Source: Corynebacterium glutamicum ATCC 13032 (GTDB taxonomy: Bacteria; Actinomycetota; Actinomycetes; Mycobacteriales; Mycobacteriaceae). Taken from it: a DNA stretch of 32,000 bases. Every line of letters starts with the position of its first letter. Position 1 is the stretch's first letter. The DNA lies in contig NC_003450.3 in the NCBI RefSeq assembly GCF_000011325.1, positions 3,090,001 to 3,122,000 of the forward strand, given 5' to 3'. The notes under the pieces are model-generated. The model saw nothing but the letters and a program-made list of their open reading frames with translations. It did no database searches and had not been told where the DNA came from. Shown here in pieces: positions 9,524 through 16,965 of this stretch. The position numbers and the translations under genes were made by a program.

Positions 9524-9562
9524 GGTTACACAGCTTAACCCGCCGAACTAAGGTGGGTGTCC

Positions 9563-10702
9563 ATGTCTGTTGCTCAATTAGCGAACCGCTTGGCCCAACT
9601 CTCCCCCGCCGAGCATGGTTTTGCATGGTTCGACCCTGAAATCACCGCTGGCCATGGCGTTGGCCCGTTGCATGGCATGGTGATTCCAGCCAAGGACCTC
9701 AACGATGTCGCAGGCATGCCCACCGCGTTCGGAAATGCATCTCGGCGAAAGGTAGCAACAGATACCGATCCGTTCATCCAAAATCTCATCGACCGCGGCG
9801 CGATCATCGCTGGCAAAACCCAAACCAGCGAGCTCGGCATGACGGCGTATTGCGAACCCATCGACATGGACGCACCCAGCAACCCGGTTTTGCCTGGTCA
9901 CACGCCCGGCGGTTCGTCGGGTGGTGCGGCGGTTGCCGTTGCCAGGTCGCTTGTCGACGCCGCCCACGCCTCAGACGGAGGCGGCTCGATCCGGGTTCCA
10001 GCCGCCGCGTGCGGGCTGGTCGGGTTTAAACCCGCCCACGATTCCAGCGGCGGAAACCCCTCCACGCAGGGGTTTATCACCCGCGATGTGGCCACCCAAG
10101 TGCGCTTGCACGCACTTCAACCACGCACCAGGCGCCTGCGCATCGGCGTTCTCGCTGAGCCCATCCATGCTAATTCGCTTGTCGACGCCCCCTTCCTGAG
10201 CATCCTCGAATCCACCGCCCACCTCCTGGAGAAAGCTGGCCACGAAATAGTGTCCGTACCCCTCCCTTATGGCGCTTGGGCTTTTGACGCTTATACAGAA
10301 GTTTTCATGATGAAATCCGCTGGACTAACCAACCTGGGTAGCCCCATTACAAGATGGTTGAGTGAACAAGGCCGTAGTCTTTCTCCTTCTGATAGACAAT
10401 CAAGTGTCAAGGCTTTTGATTCCGTGGCTGAGACTGTACACGGAGCATGGGACATCGATGTTTTATTAACCCCTACCTTGGCTTATGCACCTCCCAAGAT
10501 TGGGTACTTTTCATCCATGCCACCTGAAGAAGACTTCCTTGCACAAACCAAATGGACGCCGTGGGCAACGCTGTTCAACATGACCGGTGGTGCAGCCATC
10601 AGCGTGCCTGTTGAAGGTGTCGGCATTCATCTTGGTGGGATACGCGTACGAGATGAAGACCTCTTAGGATTAGCAGCATTTGTGGAAAGAGCTGTGGCAT
10701 GA
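9563..10702 (+). CDS. Amidase-signature family amidase
   Basis: It has the AS motif GGSSGGAAVAVA, a catalytic-Ser context (DGGGSIRVPAAACGLVGFKP) and the Lys in IPAKDL. I prefer ATG 9563, which follows AAGGTGGG; the track starts at GTG 9557. Confidence 0.88.
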   Translation: MSVAQLANRLAQLSPAEHGFAWFDPEITAGHGVGPLHGMVIPAKDLNDVAGMPTAFGNASRRKVATDTDPFIQNLIDRGAIIAGKTQTSELGMTAYCEPIDMDAPSNPVLPGHTPGGSSGGAAVAVARSLVDAAHASDGGGSIRVPAAACGLVGFKPAHDSSGGNPSTQGFITRDVATQVRLHALQPRTRRLRIGVLAEPIHANSLVDAPFLSILESTAHLLEKAGHEIVSVPLPYGAWAFDAYTEVFMMKSAGLTNLGSPITRWLSEQGRSLSPSDRQSSVKAFDSVAETVHGAWDIDVLLTPTLAYAPPKIGYFSSMPPEEDFLAQTKWTPWATLFNMTGGAAISVPVEGVGIHLGGIRVRDEDLLGLAAFVERAVA

Positions 10703-11430
10703 GTAGTTCAGTAATGTCACCGCGTCGAATAAAGGCGGAAATACTTATCGTTTTAGCCATCACCTTTGGCATGAGCGGCCTGCGATCAATCCTGCGCCTC
10801 ATCGACGATCTCCTCGCACCGGTTGCGCTCAACGACCAGCAAGTTGCACTGAATGCCTCAATGGCAAACTCCGCATGGCTGGATCTCACCTTGCAATTGT
10901 GTTCCGCCGGAGTGCTGTTTTCCTGGGGAGCACTAGCGATCTACCTGCTAGGTGAACGTTTTCAGTGGATTAAACCCAAAGACTGGGCATGGGGTGCAGG
11001 CCTTGCAGCACTCATTGGTATTCCAGGGTTAATCTTCTACGCCAGTGCTGTTCATTTGGGGCTGTCCAAACAGGTTGTGCCCACCACGTTGGAAACCTGG
11101 TGGGAAATCCCAGTACTTCTTATCTGGTCAGCTGCCAACGCCTTTGGTGAAGAGATCGTGGTAGTCATGTGGTTTTTCACCAGGCTGCGCCAGCTGAAGT
11201 GGAGTGTGCCTGCAGTTATCGTGACATCTTCAGTACTACGCGGTTCCTATCACCTCTACCAGGGAATCTCTGCAGGCTTGGGCAACATCATCATGGGAGT
11301 AGCGTTCGCGTACTTCTATCACCGCACGGGCAAAATCTGGCCACTGGTAATCGCTCACTTCTTGATTGATGCGGTGGCTTTTGTGGGCTACTCCGCAATT
11401 GGCGGGAATTTAAGTTGGTTAGGGCTTTAA
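10699..11430 (+). CDS. CPBP (CAAX-type) intramembrane glutamic endopeptidase family protein
   Basis: This polytopic 243-aa ORF has the CPBP motifs EEIVVVMWFFTRL, SYHLYQG and HFLIDAVAF. It shares an ATGA overlap with the amidase stop at 10699-10702. Confidence 0.85.
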   Translation: MSSSVMSPRRIKAEILIVLAITFGMSGLRSILRLIDDLLAPVALNDQQVALNASMANSAWLDLTLQLCSAGVLFSWGALAIYLLGERFQWIKPKDWAWGAGLAALIGIPGLIFYASAVHLGLSKQVVPTTLETWWEIPVLLIWSAANAFGEEIVVVMWFFTRLRQLKWSVPAVIVTSSVLRGSYHLYQGISAGLGNIIMGVAFAYFYHRTGKIWPLVIAHFLIDAVAFVGYSAIGGNLSWLGL

Positions 11431-11527
11431 ACTGAAGTTCCTATTTTATTGGGATTAGAAAAACACGAGAGATTTAAGGCAAATCCGCTAAATACATCTG
11501 TCCCTCCTAGGCGCTACTCTATTAACC

Positions 11528-12772
11528 ATGGATTCACCAGGACAGGGCGAGATTGCCCGCGATAGTCAAGGACGCCCGATACTGGACCGGTATGGTCGGC
11601 CGGTTCGGGTTCGTCCGCAACCGCGGCAAACTCCCCCGACTCCTCGAACCCCTCCGGTGAATGAAACAAGGGTCTATCAGCCAAGGCAAACGCCACCGCG
11701 CCAGACTCCTCCAAGGCAGACACCTCCACGACAAATGCCTCCTAGGCAAACCCCACCGAGGCAGGTTCCCCCACAACAGCAGTACCAGCAGCCTGGTCAG
11801 ATCGGGCAGGTTCGTCCACAGCCGCCGGTGATTGCAGGGGATGGGGGGAGGCGTCGAAAAGCAATATCTTTTAAGCCCCGTGGCTGCCTGGGCACGATCG
11901 CGGGCGTGCTTGCTGTGGGCTTGGTGCTTGTGTTTGTGGTGACGCTGTGGGCGGATTCGAAGCTGAATCGCGTGGATGCCACGCCTGCGACGCAGGTGGC
12001 GAACACTGCCGGAACGAACTGGCTGCTGGTAGGTTCGGATTCGCGGCAGGGTTTAAGTGATGAGGATATTGAGCGGCTAGGTACCGGCGGCGATATCGGT
12101 GTGGGCCGTACGGACACGATCATGGTGTTGCATATGCCGCGTACTGGCGAGCCGACGCTGTTGTCGATTCCGCGTGATTCTTATGTCAATGTCCCTGGCT
12201 GGGGCATGGATAAGGCAAACGCCGCATTTACCGTGGGTGGCCCGGAACTGCTGACGCAAACCGTGGAGGAGGCAACTGGCCTGCGAATTGATCACTATGC
12301 AGAAATCGGCATGGGTGGTTTGGCGAACATGGTTGATGCCGTGGGCGGCGTGGAAATGTGTCCTGCTGAGCCGATGTATGATCCGCTCGCGAACCTGGAT
12401 ATTCAGGCTGGTTGCCAGGAATTTGATGGGGCAGCCGCGCTGGGTTATGTGCGCACTCGTGCCACAGCCCTGGGTGATCTGGACCGGGTGGTGCGTCAGC
12501 GGGAATTCTTCTCCGCTCTGCTGAGTACAGCTACGTCCCCGGGCACGTTGCTGAATCCGTTCCGCACCTTCCCGATGATCTCCAACGCGGTGGGAACATT
12601 CACCGTCGGCGAGGGCGATCACGTGTGGCACCTGGCCCGATTGGCGCTGGCGATGCGCGGAGGAATCGTGACGGAGACCGTGCCGATTGCCTCATTCGCA
12701 GATTACGATGTGGGAAATGTTGCGATTTGGGACGAAGCTGGAGCCGAAGCACTATTTAGCTCCATGCGCTAA
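11528..12772 (+). CDS. lcpB: LytR-CpsA-Psr (LCP) family cell-envelope phosphotransferase with a Pro-rich N-terminal tail
   Basis: The 414-aa ORF has a cytoplasmic Pro-rich tail, one TM helix (LGTIAGVLAVGLVLVFVVTLW) and an LCP domain (NWLLVGSDSR...RTDTIMVLH...SIPRDSYV). The symbol is from remembered C. glutamicum nomenclature. Confidence 0.88.
   Translation: MDSPGQGEIARDSQGRPILDRYGRPVRVRPQPRQTPPTPRTPPVNETRVYQPRQTPPRQTPPRQTPPRQMPPRQTPPRQVPPQQQYQQPGQIGQVRPQPPVIAGDGGRRRKAISFKPRGCLGTIAGVLAVGLVLVFVVTLWADSKLNRVDATPATQVANTAGTNWLLVGSDSRQGLSDEDIERLGTGGDIGVGRTDTIMVLHMPRTGEPTLLSIPRDSYVNVPGWGMDKANAAFTVGGPELLTQTVEEATGLRIDHYAEIGMGGLANMVDAVGGVEMCPAEPMYDPLANLDIQAGCQEFDGAAALGYVRTRATALGDLDRVVRQREFFSALLSTATSPGTLLNPFRTFPMISNAVGTFTVGEGDHVWHLARLALAMRGGIVTETVPIASFADYDVGNVAIWDEAGAEALFSSMR
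11681..11773 (+). repeat. Six tandem 15-nt units inside lcpB that encode P-R-Q-(T/M/V)-P
   Basis: The six units read cca agg caa acg cca | ccg cgc cag act cct | cca agg cag aca cct | cca cga caa atg cct | cct agg caa acc cca | ccg agg cag gtt ccc. Confidence 0.9.
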
Positions 12773-12894
12773 AACCCCAGGTAATCGTTCACAGGAAGTG
12801 TCCAGTCAACTTTTTGGTTAATTGATTATCTTACCTAGAGACTTGGATACTTCCCTCCACGGATTGCTAACGATCCAGTTTTATCGTTGGACTC

Positions 12895-13767
12895 ATGAAA
12901 AAGATCCACATGATTCCAGCGGCCCTCCTCATCGGTTCCCTTGCGCTTGTTAGCTGCGCGCCTTCACAACCTACCCAGAACGCGCAGACGGTTTCTTCTG
13001 TCATGACGGAAACTCCTACTTATACCTCTTCATCTAGGTCGGTGGAATCTACCGCGGGGACGATCGCTGCCTCGGAGGAAGCCACGATGACGCTACTGGA
13101 GAATAGTTCGGGGGATCCGGGATCTGATTCTGGGGGTGCACGCTATAGCCTCAATTCGCTCAAAGTTTCTGAGCAGGCCGCGGCTAACGCCGTCTTAAAG
13201 GCCGTGCTTAACGACGTCTCCTACCAAGAGTTCGCAGACTCCTCCTACTTAGAAATCACAGGAACGCCCTCCGCCGACGGAACATGGGGCATCTCATTTG
13301 GCGGACCTTCCGAATCGGCCTCCGTGGAATTCTCCGACGGCAGCATCAGCTTCTCCCCTGTTGACATGACAGTGCCCGCAACACGATTGCCTCAGATGGG
13401 CGCATTTTATGAAACCCTGACCGAAGAACAATTAGGCATGCTGGAGACTGGCCTCGCGGTTTCCACCGTGGATTCGAGCCAACAGGAAATGCTTCTGGAC
13501 TTGGTCTCCAACTCGATCGGCCTGGCAGATACTGAAACCACTGCGACTGCAATTAGTAAAATCCGAGCAACGCTTTCCGAGACCTACCTGTTCGGAACCC
13601 CCGACGGATTAACCTTGGCGCTTAGTGGCCCACACGTTGATTTCGAAGTCTCCCACCAGGGCAGCACCGCGAAAATTACTTACCGCGATCCAAGCACCGA
13701 CACCTTAACCGCCGAAGATCGGGTAGATACCGCAAGTGTGGCTGCTGCTCCGCCGGAGGTTGTTTAG
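12895..13767 (+). CDS. Lipoprotein that is a degenerate, histidine-less paralog of the DUF3500 protein at 14437-15723
   Basis: It has a signal peptide plus lipobox (MKKIHMIPAALLIGSLALVSC). Blockwise similarity to the downstream paralog is clear: WGISFGGPSESASVEFSDGSISFSP matches WSIQFGGHHIGINTTFSDGAITFAP, and ITYRDPSTD matches TIYRDPTND. Confidence 0.82.
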   Translation: MKKIHMIPAALLIGSLALVSCAPSQPTQNAQTVSSVMTETPTYTSSSRSVESTAGTIAASEEATMTLLENSSGDPGSDSGGARYSLNSLKVSEQAAANAVLKAVLNDVSYQEFADSSYLEITGTPSADGTWGISFGGPSESASVEFSDGSISFSPVDMTVPATRLPQMGAFYETLTEEQLGMLETGLAVSTVDSSQQEMLLDLVSNSIGLADTETTATAISKIRATLSETYLFGTPDGLTLALSGPHVDFEVSHQGSTAKITYRDPSTDTLTAEDRVDTASVAAAPPEVV

Positions 13768-13790
13768 GCGTTTGCCGAGAAATTTTCATT

Positions 13791-13819
13791 GGGCCTGGAT
13801 TTCATTGAAATTCAGGCCC
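13791..13819 (+). terminator. Hairpin downstream of the first DUF3500-like gene. It is a weak or partial terminator.
   Basis: GGGCCTGGATTTCA / TGAAATTCAGGCCC is a near-perfect palindrome, but it has no strong T tail. Confidence 0.4.
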
Positions 13820-13926
13820 TTGCCATTCCCGATGCTGCTAGGTTCGTGTTAAGCAACCACAAGTTGCACCACCATTCTTCCATCCAGAGAATACGAATTC
13901 GTTTACCTCTAGAAAGGCACTTTCCC

Positions 13927-14256
13927 ATGTCTTACCACGATCACAGCGACATCGAATACCTCAAGAAGATCGGCGCCAACTCCCCTGACGCCTTCAAAGC
14001 TTTTGTCCATTTTGATGAGGCAGCTCTCCGCGGCCCGAACAAGAAAATCCCACGCAACTACACCGAAATGATCGCACTTGCGGTCGCATTCACAACCCAA
14101 TGCGCCTACTGCATCGACATCCACACTGCCGCTGCGAAGAAGGAAGGTGTCACCACCGAGGAGCTCGCTGAGGTTGCGCTCATCGCCGCAGCACTTCGGG
14201 CAGGCGGCGCCATGACGCACGGCGCACTTGCCATGAAGCTTTACGACGAAAACTAG
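13927..14256 (+). CDS. Carboxymuconolactone decarboxylase / AhpD-like family protein with a CxxC motif
   Basis: The start is at MSYHDHSDIEYLKK (ATG 13927, GAAAGG about 10 nt upstream). The AhpD-core motif is AFTTQCAYCIDIHT. The track ORF begins 46 codons upstream at a non-ATG start. Confidence 0.85.
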   Translation: MSYHDHSDIEYLKKIGANSPDAFKAFVHFDEAALRGPNKKIPRNYTEMIALAVAFTTQCAYCIDIHTAAAKKEGVTTEELAEVALIAAALRAGGAMTHGALAMKLYDEN

Positions 14257-14286
14257 AAGCGATTCTGCACATTTTTTAACATCCCC

Positions 14287-14319
14287 AAGGCGTGATTTCG
14301 ATTTTCGGAATCACGCCTT
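14287..14319 (+). terminator. Rho-independent-type terminator after the AhpD-like gene
   Basis: AAGGCGTGATT (14287-14297) pairs with AATCACGCCTT (14309-14319), followed by a T-rich TCCCATTTCC. Confidence 0.6.
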
Positions 14320-14436
14320 TCCCATTTCCGCGTTAAAATACCAGGTCAACACACACAGGAACCGTTCAGAAACCTTCCAGATTGCTCACTTTTTAATTTC
14401 ACTTTTTTGAGAAGTTTTACTTTTATATTAGTTCTC

Positions 14437-15723
14437 ATGCGCCTCAACAAACGACTCCCAGCGGCACTCTCCGGACTGCTGCTCTCTGCTGCCCTTCTTG
14501 CCGGATGCTCCACTTCTGGAACCGCCGAGACCACGACAACAACCGTTTCATCTGCTGCGGCATCAACAACCACTTCCACCTCCTCTGCTTCGTCTTCCTC
14601 TTCCTCCTCCTCTTCCTCCTCTTCCTCCGACTCAAGCACCACCGCCGAAACCATCTCCAACACCGCGGAAGCTGCCCAAGCTTTCTTGTCCACCCTGTCC
14701 ACCGAAGAACAAGACGCCGTACTCTACGACTACGACGCCGAAGAAAAGTCCACCGGCTGGTCTAACTTCCCAGTCACCTTCGTGCAGCGTTCCGGCGTGA
14801 ACCTCACCGACCTCACTGAGGAACAGCAAGCAGCTGCCCTCAACGTGCTGAAGAACCTGCTCAACGACGACGCCTACCAAATGATCGAAGACATCATGGC
14901 TAGCGATCAGTACCTCAACGACGAAAGCAACACCACCGAGGATTCCCTCGGCCAGTACTACATCGCATTCTTCGGCGATCCAAGCAGCGACTCCGACTGG
15001 TCCATCCAATTCGGCGGACACCACATCGGCATCAACACCACCTTCTCCGACGGTGCCATCACCTTCGCCCCAACCCACCTTGGCACCCAGCCTTCCGAGT
15101 GGACCAACGAGGACGGCGAAACCGTTGCAGCACTAAGCAACATGTACGAAACCGCCTTCGCCTTCTACGACAGCCTCGCCGAAGAGCAGCAAGCACAGCT
15201 CTACCAGGGTGAAGAGTTGGATTCCATGGTGTGCGCACCGGGCAGCACGTGCGACTACCCAACCGGCACCGGCTTGAAAGGCTCTGACCTCACCGATGAG
15301 CAAAAAGAATTGCTCATCGATGTCATCGCAAACTGGGTTGGCCTCGCCGATGAGGAAACCACCGAAACTGAACTCGATGCCATCCGCGAAACCCTGGATG
15401 ACACCTACATCAACTGGTCCGGCGCCACCGAGTACGACACCTCCACCGGCGACGGCATCTACTTCCAGATCAGTGGCCCAAAGGTCTACATTGAGTTCGC
15501 TAACCAGCAAGGTTCTGCAGGTGCCGACATCGACGGTGTCATCACCGCTGGATGGGGCCACATTCACACCATCTACCGCGACCCAACCAATGACTACGCT
15601 AACTCCGTAACTCAGGAAGCAGCCAGCGGAATGATGGGCGGCGGCCCTGGTGGTAATGGTGGCGAGATGCCTAGCGGTGACATGCCTACTGGTGAGATGC
15701 CTTCTGGCGCTCCATCAAACTAA
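14437..15723 (+). CDS. DUF3500-family lipoprotein with a Ser/Thr-rich linker and a Gly/Pro/Met-rich C-terminal tail
   Basis: The start is at MRLNKRLPAALSGLLLSAALLAGC (lipobox LAGC). The DUF3500 hallmarks FGGHHIG and YFQISGPKVYIEFANQQ...GWGHIHTIYRDPTNDY are present. The track start at 14407 is a non-ATG extension. Confidence 0.88.
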   Translation: MRLNKRLPAALSGLLLSAALLAGCSTSGTAETTTTTVSSAAASTTTSTSSASSSSSSSSSSSSSDSSTTAETISNTAEAAQAFLSTLSTEEQDAVLYDYDAEEKSTGWSNFPVTFVQRSGVNLTDLTEEQQAAALNVLKNLLNDDAYQMIEDIMASDQYLNDESNTTEDSLGQYYIAFFGDPSSDSDWSIQFGGHHIGINTTFSDGAITFAPTHLGTQPSEWTNEDGETVAALSNMYETAFAFYDSLAEEQQAQLYQGEELDSMVCAPGSTCDYPTGTGLKGSDLTDEQKELLIDVIANWVGLADEETTETELDAIRETLDDTYINWSGATEYDTSTGDGIYFQISGPKVYIEFANQQGSAGADIDGVITAGWGHIHTIYRDPTNDYANSVTQEAASGMMGGGPGGNGGEMPSGDMPTGEMPSGAPSN

Positions 15724-15863
15724 CGCCATTTAAGAGGCCGAACCCGTGAGACGAGCATTTACATCACCTCACGGGTTTGGATCCCTCAGAGGCGATTCTG
15801 TGAAGTCGGTTTCTGCTGGGCCCAGGTCAGTTTCTCCAGGCGGTTAGCATTGGAGAGGCGTTT

Positions 15864-15976
15864 CAGACCAAAAGCGCTCGGGTTCTTCCGATCCTTGGCC
15901 TCGAATGACAGTTTCCACGCCTACAAAGTGCTGTTTCAGACCAAGAACCCCACTTTTCGACTGGCCCTTTGGTCTC
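15864..15976 (+). repeat. 113-bp extragenic repeat, copy B. It has the same orientation and length as copy A.
   Basis: The four units are CAGACCAAA, CCTTGGCCTCG, TTTCAGACCAAG and CTTTGGTCTC. The shared blocks with copy A include CAGTTTCC..GCCTA.AAA and GTTTC.GACCAA. Confidence 0.8.
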
Positions 15977-15996
15977 TTTTTCAAGTCCACCCACAA

Positions 15997-16030
15997 AGCG
16001 CGTGTCCCTCATCAAAGAAGGGCACGCGCT
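15997..16030 (-). terminator. Hairpin terminator downstream of the 16051-16965 gene
   Basis: AGCGCGTGTCCCT and AGGGCACGCGCT form a 12-13 bp stem that begins 21 nt after the minus-strand stop. Confidence 0.6.
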
Positions 16031-16050
16031 TGAAGTGTTTTTAAGAGATT

Positions 16051-16965
16051 TTAGCGGATGGTCACCTGGCGGGACTTGATGTTCTCCAGCTGACGGCGCT
16101 CGTCGGCGTTGAGCTGTGCATCGTTATCCAGTTCAGCGACGATCTTCTCGTTGAGTGCAACCAAAACATCGGCGTAATCGGTGGATGGACGCTCAGGATC
16201 GAGATCCCACACTGGGACGACGATGCCGTGGGTGCGGAAAGCACCAGCGAACTTAGTTTCTTCGCCGAGATTCAGCTCGCCACGTGCTGCGATGCGTGCC
16301 AAAGCGTTGAACAGTGCGGTTTCGTTTTCGGTGCGGACCCAACGGATGTGCGCTTTTCCGCCTGGGTTGACCCACCAAACAGCGCCTGGGACGTCTGCTT
16401 CGACTTCGTGTGAAGGCAGGATGGAGTCATTGGCTGCCTGCATGTGCTGCGCAACTTCTGGGGAGAGGTTGTCGTTTTCCGCCAGCCACCAGTTGAAGTC
16501 CTGGTGAGTGGTGATTTCGAGGGTGTCGGCGTCGTTAAGCAAGCTCTTTAGCTCTGGCTGGGTGCCGTCCGCTGTGGCGGTGGCCAGTGACTCGCCGGCT
16601 TTTGCGTTGATGACCCAGTTCAGCGCGAACGCGAGGTCCTTGCTTGGGTTGTTGGAGCGGATGGCCTGCTGCATTGCAACAAACGCTTCGCCGCCGAATG
16701 CTTCTTCGCGGACAAGTGCCGCAGCTGCGCCTGGAAGCACGGTACAGAGGGTGATCTTGCGATCGGTGCCTGCAACGGTGATGGGTGCGGTTGCAGATGG
16801 AATGAATTCCTGCAGTGCAACGAGCTGTGACTCCATTGCCAGGCCCTCGAATGGGCGAGGTTCACGCTCAAGTGCTGCACGTTCAGCCGCGCGGGCTGCA
16901 AGTTTTGCCTGACGACGGCTCATGCCCTCCGGCAGCTGTTCATTCTTCTTAGTCTTCTTTGCCAT
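16051..16965 (-). CDS. Conserved actinobacterial hypothetical protein, possibly of the DUF5926 family
   Basis: The ~304-aa ORF has a basic N-terminus (MAKKTKKNEQLPEGMSRRQAKLAARAAERAALE). An alternative ATG lies at 16971. Its 5' end overlaps the 3' end of glpQ by 17-23 nt. The family name is from memory and was not verified. Confidence 0.75.
   Translation of the reverse strand: MAKKTKKNEQLPEGMSRRQAKLAARAAERAALEREPRPFEGLAMESQLVALQEFIPSATAPITVAGTDRKITLCTVLPGAAAALVREEAFGGEAFVAMQQAIRSNNPSKDLAFALNWVINAKAGESLATATADGTQPELKSLLNDADTLEITTHQDFNWWLAENDNLSPEVAQHMQAANDSILPSHEVEADVPGAVWWVNPGGKAHIRWVRTENETALFNALARIAARGELNLGEETKFAGAFRTHGIVVPVWDLDPERPSTDYADVLVALNEKIVAELDNDAQLNADERRQLENIKSRQVTIR

Noticed and set aside
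14346-14702. A 118-aa minus-strand ORF contains a run of about 14 Glu.
   Set aside because: It is the reverse complement of the tcc/tct poly-Ser tract of the DUF3500 lipoprotein gene and spans that gene's promoter and start. It is an artefact of the simple-sequence tract.
15850-16044. A 64-aa plus-strand ORF lies in the DUF3500/hypothetical convergent gap.
   Set aside because: It is made almost entirely of the 113-bp extragenic repeat copy B plus the terminator hairpin. It has no RBS.
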